Shown piece by piece: positions 1 through 9,100 of a DNA stretch of 64,000 nucleotides; within the stretch, counting starts at the first letter, position 1, and every line of letters starts with the position of its first letter. The translations under genes were made by a program, and so were the position numbers. The stretch lies in the NCBI GenBank assembly GCA_039025455.1, contig JBCCOF010000001.1:7338-71337 (forward strand), read 5' to 3'. The DNA is from Pseudomonadota bacterium. GTDB lineage: Bacteria; Pseudomonadota; Alphaproteobacteria; Sphingomonadales; Sphingomonadaceae. The notes under the pieces are model-generated. The model had not been told where the DNA came from and searched no databases. It saw only the letters and a list, made by a program, of their open reading frames with translations.

Positions 1-556
1 CGAGCTCGACGGATTGGGCGTGGCGCGCTCGTTCTCCGAGCAGGATAGTCCGCCCGCCGTGATCTTCGTCACCGCCCATGATCATTTCGCAGTCGAGGCC
101 TTTGACCTCGAAGCGATTGACTACGTGCTCAAGCCCGTGGCCGCCGACCGTTTAGAGCGCGCCATCGAGCGCGCTTTGGCGCGGCGGGGCGAGAGCAAGG
201 AAAAAGGCAGCGAGTGGCTCGACGAATTGTGGGTGCCGCATCGCTCCGAATTGCTGCGGATCGCCATATCCGAAGTGCATCGCATCGATGCCGAGCGCGA
301 TTATGTGCGGCTGCATGTCGGCGATCCGGCGGAAGGGCGCTCTTACCTACTGCTTCAGACAATCGCAGGTCTGGAAAAGCGGCTCGATCCCGATGCCTTT
401 ATCCGCATTCACCGTTCAACCATCCTGCGCCGCGACAATATTCACGGGCTTAGGCATGATGGCCTTGGCGTATGGTCGGCGGAGTTGATGAACGGCGACG
501 CGCTGCGGATTGGCCGCACCTATCTTTCCAAAGTGAAAGCGATGGCTGGGCGCTAA
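1..556 (+). CDS. LytTR-family response regulator (5' truncated by window edge)
   Basis: Receiver motifs VIFVTAHD..AVEAF...YVLKP, then LytTR domain (AERDYVRLH, FIRIHRSTI, IGRTY). Confidence 0.9.
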   Translation, partial: ELDGLGVARSFSEQDSPPAVIFVTAHDHFAVEAFDLEAIDYVLKPVAADRLERAIERALARRGESKEKGSEWLDELWVPHRSELLRIAISEVHRIDAERDYVRLHVGDPAEGRSYLLLQTIAGLEKRLDPDAFIRIHRSTILRRDNIHGLRHDGLGVWSAELMNGDALRIGRTYLSKVKAMAGR

Positions 557-611
557 CCCAAGCGCCTGTGATGGTTGGCAAGCGAGCCCGCCGCCCTGCG
601 TACTGTCTCAT

Positions 612-655
612 ACAAAAACGGCCCGAGCTCGGGGACTATGCGAGCGCGGGCCGTT
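612..655 (-). terminator. Intrinsic terminator downstream of the UrcA-family gene
   Basis: Stem AACGGCCCGCGCTCG/CGAGCTCGGGCCGTT with one mismatch, followed by TTTTTGTA on the minus strand. Confidence 0.7.
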
Positions 656-699
656 GGGAATGCGTCAGGGGGACGCATGCCGGATTTTGAGATTCGGTA

Positions 700-999
700 T
701 CAGCCGCCGCGTTGGCGCTGTTCAAGCGTAGCCGCGACCTGACGTTTCGCGCTTACGCGGGCTTTGTTGTAGCAATCGCGCTTCGCAAGGGTTTGCAGGC
801 GGCTTCCGGTCGGGGTCCGGTTCAACTGACAGATTTCGCGAGCGGCGCGATCGATGCGCTTGTCGAGCATTTTTTGCCCTTCAGCGGTTCCCAGATCGAG
901 GCCGGCTACGCTGACTTCGGCTGTCGGTGCAGTGGTCGCCATTGCGGGGGCAGAAATGGCAAGACCGACTGCGGCAGTTGCGAGGGTAAGTGTCTTCAT
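700..999 (-). CDS. UrcA family secreted protein
   Basis: Signal peptide, V..AGLDL.TAEGQ..LD.RI.RAAREIC...C motif, GGAGG RBS before ATG at 999. Confidence 0.85.
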   Translation of the reverse strand: MKTLTLATAAVGLAISAPAMATTAPTAEVSVAGLDLGTAEGQKMLDKRIDRAAREICQLNRTPTGSRLQTLAKRDCYNKARVSAKRQVAATLEQRQRGG

Positions 1000-1227
1000 C
1001 GGTATTCTCCTCCAAGTACAGATCGCTTGTTCGAGCGGGGGGTTCGAACCGGGGATGAGAAGCGATCTGTCGAAACAAGAATTAGGCGAAGGCCCGGTTC
1101 TGATCACGCGCGGTTCGATTTCTGGCCGATAATCGTCGATTGAAGCGCAGCGCGAATGACCGATGCGTTATTCGTGCCGACAAATGGATGTTTCCACTCG
1201 ACCGGCGTTTACGCCATAGTGTCACGC

Positions 1228-1500
1228 ATGGTTCTGGCGCTCATCATCACCTTCCTGCTCGGGATCGGCAATTTTGCCCTGCACCGCGCGGTGCTCGAAA
1301 GCGGCCACCCGATGATGGGTCAGGTGCCCGGCTTTGTGCAGCTTTTGGGCGGGCGTCTGACTTTGGTGGCGGAGTTTTTGATCCTGCTCGCGGTGCTTTT
1401 GCTGGCGGCGGGAGGTTGGACCGAGCTGGCATGGGCCTATCTTGCCTATACCTTGCTCAACGCTTTGGCCGCGTGGCTGATCTTGAGCGGACGGATTTGA
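1228..1500 (+). CDS. Small membrane protein
   Basis: Three hydrophobic segments, GIGNFALHRAVLESGHP, upstream of the phosphoesterase. Confidence 0.7.
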   Translation: MVLALIITFLLGIGNFALHRAVLESGHPMMGQVPGFVQLLGGRLTLVAEFLILLAVLLLAAGGWTELAWAYLAYTLLNALAAWLILSGRI

Positions 1501-1521
1501 GAAGGATGCGATGACCACGCG

Positions 1522-2295
1522 ATGACAACTAGGTTGTTTCATATCAGCGATGTGCATTTCGGCGTTGAAGACCGCGAAGCCTTGGCCGTGGTTGCCGATG
1601 CTGTGGCCCGTGAGAAACCGGATGCAGTTGTGTGCACTGGTGATGTGACCCAACGCGCAACGCATCGCCAGTATGCGGCGGCGGCCGAGTGGTTTTCGGC
1701 GCTAGAAGCACCGGTTTGGATTGATCCTGGCAATCACGACATGCCGTATCGCAACCTGTTCGAGCGTTTCACCGATCCCTATCGCCGCTATCGCAAACTG
1801 GCAGGCAAAGTAGCTGGCAGCTTTGAAAGCGATGACCTCGTGCTGGTGCCGCTCAAATCGACTGTGCGTGCGCAAGGGCGATTCCCATGGTCGGATGGTG
1901 TGGTGACGCGCAAGGCGTTGGAGAGAACGCTTTCGCGACTGGATCAGCTAAAGGGTGACCCGCGTGTGATTGTCGTGACGGCACATCATCCGCTGCTCGG
2001 GCCGGAGGATAGCGGACCCAATCCCACAATCGGCGGGAATCGCGCTTTTGCCGAACTTGTGGCGGCGGGCGCTGATGCGTTCTTGTCAGGGCATATCCAT
2101 CAGCCGTTCGATATGCAGCGCGAGCGCAATGGCCAAAGCGCCCGGATGATCGGAGCGGGCACGCTTTCCACCCGGCTTCGCCATGGCGAACCGCCCTCCT
2201 ATCAGGTGATCACCATTGAAAGGGGCGGTAAGATCGACACAGAGCTGCGCCGCGTTGGCGCGCTGGTCAGGCAAACATCCCAAGCGGGCTCTTAA
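1522..2295 (+). CDS. Metallophosphoesterase (CpdA/Icc-like)
   Basis: SDVHFG, TGDVT, GNHD, HHP and SGHIH motifs. Confidence 0.9.
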   Translation: MTTRLFHISDVHFGVEDREALAVVADAVAREKPDAVVCTGDVTQRATHRQYAAAAEWFSALEAPVWIDPGNHDMPYRNLFERFTDPYRRYRKLAGKVAGSFESDDLVLVPLKSTVRAQGRFPWSDGVVTRKALERTLSRLDQLKGDPRVIVVTAHHPLLGPEDSGPNPTIGGNRAFAELVAAGADAFLSGHIHQPFDMQRERNGQSARMIGAGTLSTRLRHGEPPSYQVITIERGGKIDTELRRVGALVRQTSQAGS

Positions 2296-2398
2296 CCCTT
2301 TCTATAACATAGCCGGTAACGAATTGCTGGTGATCCTGAACCGGCGTTCGTCATGGTCAGTGCCGAACAAAACAAGCCGCCGGAAAGGAGTGCCGTAC

Positions 2399-2596
2399 AT
2401 GGAAGTGCTGAAAGCCTTGGTTTTTGGAGCCATCCTGTCCGCATGCGTCGCTTTGGTGATCGGAACACAAGGGTCGAGCGGCGGACCGCTTGGTGTGCGA
2501 TCAATCGAACTGCTTGATTTCAGGATGTACTGGTCATGGTCGCTGTTTCTCGCGGGCAGCGGGTTTTCGTGGGCCTTGTTGTTGTTGCAACGCTGA
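2399..2596 (+). CDS. Small two-helix membrane protein
   Basis: AAGGAG RBS before ATG 2399, 65 aa with two hydrophobic segments. Confidence 0.65.
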   Translation: MEVLKALVFGAILSACVALVIGTQGSSGGPLGVRSIELLDFRMYWSWSLFLAGSGFSWALLLLQR

Positions 2597-2632
2597 GTCG
2601 AGCAGCGCGGGCGCTTCGCAAAGGCGCAAACG

Positions 2633-2666
2633 AAAAGGGCGGTTTCCTCGCGGAGCCGCCCTTCTT
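2633..2666. terminator. Bidirectional terminator between convergent genes
   Basis: AAAAGGGCGGTTTC-CTCGC-GGAGCCGCCCTTCTT hairpin. Confidence 0.7.
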
Positions 2667-2690
2667 GCGAATTGGTACTGCTTGAAGCTG

Positions 2691-3227
2691 CTAACGCTTC
2701 GAGAACTGGAAGCTGCGACGTGCTTTCGCGCGGCCATACTTCTTGCGTTCGACCACACGGCTGTCGCGGGTAAGGAACCCGGCCGATTTCACGGTCGCGC
2801 GCAGCTCTGGCTCATACTTGGTGAGCGCCTGACTGATACCATGCTTCACCGCGCCGGCCTGACCCGACAGGCCACCGCCTTTGACGGTTGCTACGACATC
2901 GTACTGACCCTGGCGATCGGTGATCGAGAACGGCTGATCGATGATCAGACGCAGGGTCGGACGCGCGAAATAGACTTCTTGATCGCGACCATTGATCGTG
3001 ACCTTGCCCTTGCCAGGCTTGATCCAGACGCGGGCGGTCGCGTCCTTGCGGCGGCCAGTGGCATAGGCGCGGCCTTGCGCGTCAAGCTCCTGTTCGCGCA
3101 GTGGCACTGTCGGCGCAGCGGCGATGGTTTCGGCGATTTCAGCCGCATCACCGGCTGGTGCGTCGCCTGCAATGTCTTTCAGATCAGCGAGATCGGAGAC
3201 GGTTTCATTGGGTTTGGTATCGGCCAT
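2691..3227 (-). CDS. rpsI: 30S ribosomal protein S9
   Basis: [34 protein letters not shown]. Confidence 0.98.
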   Translation of the reverse strand: MADTKPNETVSDLADLKDIAGDAPAGDAAEIAETIAAAPTVPLREQELDAQGRAYATGRRKDATARVWIKPGKGKVTINGRDQEVYFARPTLRLIIDQPFSITDRQGQYDVVATVKGGGLSGQAGAVKHGISQALTKYEPELRATVKSAGFLTRDSRVVERKKYGRAKARRSFQFSKR

Positions 3228-3706
3228 TATGCGGTGACCTTGTTCTTGCGGTTCATGGAGGCAACGTCGAGAACTTGCGGGTTCTGCCCGTCATGCGGGT
3301 GCTCGGTGCCGTTATAAAGGTGCAGCGCGCGCATCTGGTCGCGGCCCAGCGGACCACGCGGGATCATGCGGAATACCGCTTTCTCAATCACACGCTCGGG
3401 GAAACGGCCTTCGAGGATCTTCTCGGGGGTGGTTTCCTTGATGCCGCCGGGGTGGCCGGTGTGCTTGTAATAGATCTTCTTCGACGCCTTGTTGCTGGTG
3501 AATTTCACCTTGTCGGCGTTGATGATGATCACGTGATCGCCGCAATCGACGTGCGGGGTGTAGCTCGGCTTGTGCTTGCCGCGCAGGAGGTTGGCGACGA
3601 TCGATGCGAGGCGACCGACCACAAGTCCGTCGGCATCGATGATGTGCCATTTCTTTTCGACCTCGGCCGGTTTGATCGACCGGGTCTGTTTGCTGAGCGC
3701 CTTCAT
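3227..3706 (-). CDS. rplM: 50S ribosomal protein L13
   Basis: [32 protein letters not shown] coupling to rpsI. Confidence 0.98.
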   Translation of the reverse strand: MKALSKQTRSIKPAEVEKKWHIIDADGLVVGRLASIVANLLRGKHKPSYTPHVDCGDHVIIINADKVKFTSNKASKKIYYKHTGHPGGIKETTPEKILEGRFPERVIEKAVFRMIPRGPLGRDQMRALHLYNGTEHPHDGQNPQVLDVASMNRKNKVTA

Positions 3707-3904
3707 GGCTGTTTCCTTGACCCAAATTGGCTGAATGAAATGCGGATAGGCTCTTGGGCTTGCCCGCGAATCGCGAATAAAGACTGATGTCCCTTCCGCT
3801 GAAGTGCGGCGCAAATGTGCTTAGAGAGGCTTTAAGTCAAGCAAAACCGCGCCTTTCGCGAGAGGTAAAATAATACCTCTAACCATCACACCCACTATCA
3901 AGTC

Positions 3905-4621
3905 TTAGGCCGGGACCATTGACCAGACCTCGCGCGACCGCCGCTCGCTTGTGCCGATGCGAGTGATGACCTTGCGCTCGGACCGTTCCAGCCAATTGGC
4001 GCCCGATGCGGTGCTCGCCTGATGGGTCACCTCGAATTCCCCTTCCAACCCGCCGGGCAAGCTGACCTTGCGGAACGTCAGCAAGGGCTCTGTCTCTGGA
4101 AAGAACAGGTCCTTTGGCATTTCGTCGAGCAGTTTCACCCCGGATTGCTGCAATTGTCCGAGATATTTCGTCAATTCTGCCCTCGTATCGGTGGGTATGG
4201 GGCGCTTGGCAATGATAGCCTGCGCTTCCTGAGCCGCGCGTTCGATGTCGGTGATCTGAATATAGCGCCCGGCTGCCACCAACAAACCCGCGTCTGACAG
4301 CAGCAATGGGAACATGCCGTCCGTTGAACGCGATTCTTCTATCTGTGCGAGGCTGGCAAGATTGGCTGGCGCATCGACTTTGGCCGAGACTTGAGAGCCG
4401 GTGATCGCGATACCTTGTCCCTGACGCGTGAACTGGATCGCCCATCTGCGCTCAACAGAGAGCATTGCGCCTCCGCTTAATCCCCGCTCGATTAGCCGGG
4501 TGAGCAGCATCGGTCCCGTGGGCAATGCAAGAGCGCGCGCCGCAAAGGCGGGTCCGGCAACCAAACCCAAAGTCAGGCCCAGTGCCCCGCTGAGCGCACC
4601 GCGCCGCGATAGACCCGTCAT
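3905..4621 (-). CDS. Hypothetical Tat-exported protein
   Basis: MTGLSRRGAL...PAFA twin-arginine signal, ATGA overlap with cutA stop. Confidence 0.7.
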   Translation of the reverse strand: MTGLSRRGALSGALGLTLGLVAGPAFAARALALPTGPMLLTRLIERGLSGGAMLSVERRWAIQFTRQGQGIAITGSQVSAKVDAPANLASLAQIEESRSTDGMFPLLLSDAGLLVAAGRYIQITDIERAAQEAQAIIAKRPIPTDTRAELTKYLGQLQQSGVKLLDEMPKDLFFPETEPLLTFRKVSLPGGLEGEFEVTHQASTASGANWLERSERKVITRIGTSERRSREVWSMVPA

Positions 4622-4953
4622 GATTGGCCTCCGGCGCCGATTGCTCCGAGCCACTCCAGGGTCGCCGAATGCGCCGCGTCGCAGCGCCATGCTGTGATCG
4701 CAGGGGTGTCATAGGGGTGCAATTCGCCCAAACGCTCGACCATCCGATCCATGATCGCGTCGTTGGTCTTGAACAAAACGGCCACTTCGATCCCTTCGCC
4801 GCGCTCCTCATCCCATGCAAATAGCGCCTCGATTTCGCCAAGGATATTGGCGCATCCGATCAATTGTTCGTCCAAAAGTGCATTAGCAGTCTCCCGCGCC
4901 GAATTTCGGTCAGGAAAGGGGCACCAGGCCAGCGCGGCGGCGATTTCGGTCAT
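4618..4953 (-). CDS. cutA: Divalent-cation tolerance protein CutA
   Basis: LIGCANI...W...E...LFKT...HPYDTPAI. Confidence 0.9.
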   Translation of the reverse strand: MTEIAAALAWCPFPDRNSARETANALLDEQLIGCANILGEIEALFAWDEERGEGIEVAVLFKTNDAIMDRMVERLGELHPYDTPAITAWRCDAAHSATLEWLGAIGAGGQS

Positions 4954-4987
4954 AGGTGGCCCATAGAGTCGCTAGACCGCTATGCAG

Positions 4988-6064
4988 TCAAGCCTTGGCC
5001 GGGCGCCGGGCAACGCCATCGGCGTGCATCGCCCACGCCACGCTCATAACCAGCAACGCACCGGTAAGTTGGTGCGCTACCGCGACCCACAGAGAAACCT
5101 GGGTCAAAACAGTCGCAATGCCAAGCAGCACCATAAAGCCAAACGCACTGTGCACGGCGACTGAAGCGCGGCGCTCGGGCCCACGCACGCGGCGCGCAAG
5201 CAGCACCAGCGCGATCACCGCCACCCAAGCCCACCAGCGATGCAGGAAGTGCAGCAGGAATGGATTGTGCGTTAGCGTCCACCAAAACCCGCCCGACCAG
5301 TCGACTTCAGGGATCAGCCGCCCGTTCATAAGCGGCCAGTCATAGGCGGCGTGACCTGCGTTAAGCCCCGCGACCCACGCGCCAAGCAGAAGCTGAACAA
5401 ACAGGATCAGCGCGGTCGCGAATGAGAACAGCGTCAGCGGTGCGGGTCGGGTTGCCGGATCGCGCGCCAGTCTCCTGAGATCAAGCGCAGTCCAGATCAG
5501 GCCGCCAAGCGTGAAAAGTGCCGTCAACAAATGCACTGACAGCCAGAAGTGGCTGACATCGGTCATCTGTCCCGAAAGCCCGCTGCGCACCATCAGCCAG
5601 CCGAAAGTGCCCTGTAACGCTCCCAGTCCGAGCAGTGCGATCAGACGCGGTTTGTAGCCGGCTGGGATCGCATCCTTTATCCAGAACCATGCGAGCGGAA
5701 GCGCATAGGCCATGCCGATCAGCCGCCCGATCGCGCGATGGAACCACTCCCAAAAATAGATGAACTTGAATTCATCAAGGGTCATCCCGCCGGCGCTAGC
5801 TTCGAAGCGGTATTCGGGGGTCGCGCGATATTCGGCGAACTCGGCCTGCCATGCCGCCTCACTGAGCGGCGGGAGGATGCCCGTCACGGGTTGCCATTGA
5901 GTGATCGACAGGCCGCTTTCGGTTAAGCGCGTGATCCCGCCGACAACAACAATTACAACGATCATAAAGGCGACCACTTCGAGCCACCGAACCAGCGCCA
6001 TGGGGCGCGCGGCGGTGTCGTCTTGCGCGTTCAGAACGCCGGTCGGGTGTGCGGTTGTGGCCAT
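4988..6064 (-). CDS. ctaA: Heme A synthase COX15/CtaA
   Basis: VGGITRLTESGLSI, FWEWFHR, GWLMVRSG, HRW, HQ motifs. Confidence 0.95.
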   Translation of the reverse strand: MATTAHPTGVLNAQDDTAARPMALVRWLEVVAFMIVVIVVVGGITRLTESGLSITQWQPVTGILPPLSEAAWQAEFAEYRATPEYRFEASAGGMTLDEFKFIYFWEWFHRAIGRLIGMAYALPLAWFWIKDAIPAGYKPRLIALLGLGALQGTFGWLMVRSGLSGQMTDVSHFWLSVHLLTALFTLGGLIWTALDLRRLARDPATRPAPLTLFSFATALILFVQLLLGAWVAGLNAGHAAYDWPLMNGRLIPEVDWSGGFWWTLTHNPFLLHFLHRWWAWVAVIALVLLARRVRGPERRASVAVHSAFGFMVLLGIATVLTQVSLWVAVAHQLTGALLVMSVAWAMHADGVARRPAKA

Positions 6065-6172
6065 AGCGAGGCATAATTGTGCCGCGCGGGCTGCACATGC
6101 AAGCCCGATTGCCGCAATTCGCGATGCAGTTCCCGCAAGAAGGGCCTGCACAATGCCCGCCATACTTGCGCA

Positions 6173-6189
6173 ATGTGATACTGTTACAT
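6173..6189. promoter_or_regulatory. Zur-box-like palindrome upstream of the MerC-domain gene
   Basis: ATGTGATACTGTTACAT compared with Zur consensus ATGTTATAnTATAACAT. Confidence 0.65.
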
Positions 6190-6201
6190 AAATGGTCGGG
6201 C

Positions 6202-6579
6202 ATGTCGCAGGCCCCATTCTCGATTCGACGGACGCTTGACCGTTACGGCATTTTGCTGGCCGGAATGTGCGCTGCGCATTGCATTGCGACCATCGTGGTT
6301 GTCTCAGTTGCGGGTGTTGGCAGTCATTTCCTCCTTGCGCCGGAGATCCACGAGATTGGACTTGCCATTGCTTTTGCCTTTGCGGCACTCGCAATCGGAT
6401 GGGGCGCTTTGACCCACCGCAATATGGGTCCAACCTTGCTGGCCATTGCTGGGCTGGGCTTGATGGGGCTCGCGCTGATGATCGGCCACGGCACGGCGGA
6501 AGTCATGCTGACAATCTCGGGTGTTGCACTGGTCGCAGCCGGTCATGTGATGAACCTGCGTCTTCCCGCCCGAATCTAA
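6202..6579 (+). CDS. MerC-domain membrane protein
   Basis: LDR.GI..AG.CAAHC, HE, E..LT..G..LVA.GH..N, four TM segments. Confidence 0.85.
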   Translation: MSQAPFSIRRTLDRYGILLAGMCAAHCIATIVVVSVAGVGSHFLLAPEIHEIGLAIAFAFAALAIGWGALTHRNMGPTLLAIAGLGLMGLALMIGHGTAEVMLTISGVALVAAGHVMNLRLPARI

Positions 6580-6647
6580 GCGCGCAAAGTCGTATCTGCA
6601 CCATTCTTCTGGTTGCGTGAGGCGTTCAGCCGCCTATTTCTTGGCGG

Positions 6648-7640
6648 ATGAGCGACATCAAAAATATCACCCTGAATGGCGAGACACGCCACAGTTGCGC
6701 CGCAACCATCGCGGAACTTGCGCGCGAGCTGGAACTGGACCCCACGAAAGTTGCGGTAGAGCGCAATGGCGTGATTGTCCCGCGCTCAACTCTGGGCGAA
6801 GCGGTGCTTGCCGAGGGCGATGTGCTGGAGATCGTGCACTTTGTCGGCGGTGGTGACCATCAAAAGCCTGCGGCTGACACTTGGACCGTTGCGGGTCGGA
6901 CGTTCACGTCGCGCCTGATCGTCGGCACCGGCAAATACAAGGATTTCGAACAGAACGCCGCCGCACTCGAAGCGAGCGGGGCGGAGATCGTCACCGTCGC
7001 CGTGCGCCGCGTCAACGTAAGCGACCCCAAAGCGCCGATGCTGACCGATTATATCGACCCCAAGAAAGTCACCTATCTCCCCAACACCGCCGGATGCTTC
7101 ACCGGCGAGGACGCGGTGCGCACCTTGCGGCTGGCGCGCGAGGCGGGTGGCTGGGATCTCGTCAAACTCGAGGTTTTGGGCGAAGCGCGCACGCTTTATC
7201 CCGATATGCGCGAGACGCTCGCCGCGACCGAGACCCTGGCCAAGGAGGGCTTCCTCCCGATGGTCTATTGCGTCGATGATCCGATTGCCGCGAAGCAGCT
7301 CGAAGATGCGGGTGCGGTCGCGATCATGCCGCTGGGAGCGCCGATTGGCTCGGGGCTGGGCATTCAGAATCAGGTGACCATCCGCTTGATTGTCGAAGGC
7401 GCCAATGTCCCCGTTCTGGTCGATGCCGGTGTCGGCACCGCTTCAGACGCGGCGGTAGGGATGGAGCTGGGCTGTGACGGTATCCTGATGAACACTGCCA
7501 TTGCCGAAGCCAAAGACCCGATCCGCATGGCCCGCGCAATGAAACTTGCGGTCGAAGGCGGACGCGAAGCCTATCTCGCAGGCCGCATGGGGCGGCGCAA
7601 ATACGCCGACCCGAGCTCGCCATTGGCAGGATTGATCTGA
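6648..7640 (+). CDS. thiG: Fused sulfur carrier ThiS - thiazole synthase ThiG
   Basis: ThiS domain ending EIVHFVGGG, then [33 protein letters not shown]. Confidence 0.95.
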   Translation: MSDIKNITLNGETRHSCAATIAELARELELDPTKVAVERNGVIVPRSTLGEAVLAEGDVLEIVHFVGGGDHQKPAADTWTVAGRTFTSRLIVGTGKYKDFEQNAAALEASGAEIVTVAVRRVNVSDPKAPMLTDYIDPKKVTYLPNTAGCFTGEDAVRTLRLAREAGGWDLVKLEVLGEARTLYPDMRETLAATETLAKEGFLPMVYCVDDPIAAKQLEDAGAVAIMPLGAPIGSGLGIQNQVTIRLIVEGANVPVLVDAGVGTASDAAVGMELGCDGILMNTAIAEAKDPIRMARAMKLAVEGGREAYLAGRMGRRKYADPSSPLAGLI

Positions 7641-7642
7641 GG

Positions 7643-7939
7643 ATGGGCGAGGCACTGAACATCACCCATGAGGATCACGGGAAAAAGGGCCGCTATGTCC
7701 TTCGCCCCGAGGGAACAACCGATGAAGCCGAGCTCACCTATTCGCGCGCTTCGGATGCGCTGATCATCGTCGATCACACCGGTGTTCCCGATGTCTTTCG
7801 TGGGCGGGGCTATGGCAAAATGCTGGCCGAGCGGGTGGTGCAGGATGCGCGTGCCAAGGGCTTCAAGATCGTCCCGCTGTGCCCCTTTTTCAGAGCGCAG
7901 GCACAGCGGCACCCCGAATGGGCAGACGTCATTTCGTAA
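7643..7939 (+). CDS. Small GNAT acetyltransferase (YjdJ-like)
   Basis: DHT.VP..FRGRG, IVPLCPF. Confidence 0.9.
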   Translation: MGEALNITHEDHGKKGRYVLRPEGTTDEAELTYSRASDALIIVDHTGVPDVFRGRGYGKMLAERVVQDARAKGFKIVPLCPFFRAQAQRHPEWADVIS

Positions 7940-8035
7940 GGCACTCCGTGCCGCACTCCGTGCGAAAAACCAGATAGTGGTTACCACGTATTAACCAAAC
8001 TGTCGGACAACCGTTCTCCTAGCCCGGAGACGATC

Positions 8036-8566
8036 ATGACACTTGCCACCACCGCCACCATGACCATCGCCGAAATGCGCGAATTCGCCGGTTTTGCCCC
8101 GTGCGAGCAGCGCTACATCAAGCGCAGCCTCGATATCGGGATGGCGCGCTGCGATGCGTTCAAGCTGTGGGGTCGGAGTGAGGATGAAACCACTGCGATC
8201 CGCCGGCAGTATGTCGTCTATCAGGAATTGAAGACCTTGCGCGAATTGGTGCCGAGCGAAGGGGCCATAGGTGAAATCGAGCGCTTCATCGGCAAATTGG
8301 TGCGCATGGCGGCGTTTGATCTGGAGCAGGAGCGGATTGCGAGCTTCTCGGCCTTCCGGTTCCTCTATGAGCGCCTATTGGGTGCCGAAGCACGGCCATA
8401 CCTGCCCGCAGCCTTCTGCGCAGCCGCAGCGCTCCCGACGATCCGTCCGGCCCAGCGCAAGGTGCTGCTGCAATCGCTCAGCGAAGCGGCAGCGACCGCT
8501 CCCGGTTGGTCCGATCGTGAACCGGGGTTCTATCCCGAATTTGTCGAGGATGTTGAGGCGGCTTAA
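8036..8566 (+). CDS. Hypothetical protein
   Basis: GGAG RBS, host-like codon usage, CtrA-like site upstream. Confidence 0.75.
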   Translation: MTLATTATMTIAEMREFAGFAPCEQRYIKRSLDIGMARCDAFKLWGRSEDETTAIRRQYVVYQELKTLRELVPSEGAIGEIERFIGKLVRMAAFDLEQERIASFSAFRFLYERLLGAEARPYLPAAFCAAAALPTIRPAQRKVLLQSLSEAAATAPGWSDREPGFYPEFVEDVEAA

Positions 8567-8579
8567 GCGCTCTGGTGGA

Positions 8580-9095
8580 TCAGCGACAATTCTGCGCTTC
8601 TGCTGAATTGCGAAATTCCTCACGTATGGCTTCGATCTCGCGGTCACCCGCGGCAACGCTGGCCGACCCGTTTCCATTCGATGCGGTGTATTCGGCATCA
8701 TACTTCGCCAGCACACGGTCCATTTGGTCGTAGGTACAAACGTATCCATTCCCGGCAGTGAAGTCTGCGTAGAGGAGCGCACATTCCGACCCAAATTCTT
8801 CGGGACAAAAGTCCTCTGTAGCAAAACCGGGACCGCTGCTTATCGCTACACTGTCACCGGACTCGCGGACCGCTAACTCAACTAGCTTTTTGAGTTCATC
8901 GCTCTTGAGGCCCGCACTCCCGCAATTGCAGGCGAGAGCAATGTTGGAACGAAGTTCATTTCCCTTTTCCGTTTGGGCAACTCGGATTTCATTGTTTGCA
9001 GAGGTCTTGCCTGAGCCTCCTTGATCTTTATCCGCCCCAGAACAGGCGGTCAGTGTCAGGGCGAGGGCAACCGCCAATGAGATTTCGCGGCCCAT
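8580..9095 (-). CDS. Hypothetical Cys-rich lipoprotein
   Basis: Lipobox LTAC, immediately downstream of fadD, lower GC. Confidence 0.7.
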   Translation of the reverse strand: MGREISLAVALALTLTACSGADKDQGGSGKTSANNEIRVAQTEKGNELRSNIALACNCGSAGLKSDELKKLVELAVRESGDSVAISSGPGFATEDFCPEEFGSECALLYADFTAGNGYVCTYDQMDRVLAKYDAEYTASNGNGSASVAAGDREIEAIREEFRNSAEAQNCR

Positions 9096-9100
9096 CACTC

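Noticed and set aside
6648-7640. ThiS-ThiG fusion as a novelty
   Set aside because: To my knowledge this fusion is common in Sphingomonadales. No TPP riboswitch is recognisable in the short upstream spacer.
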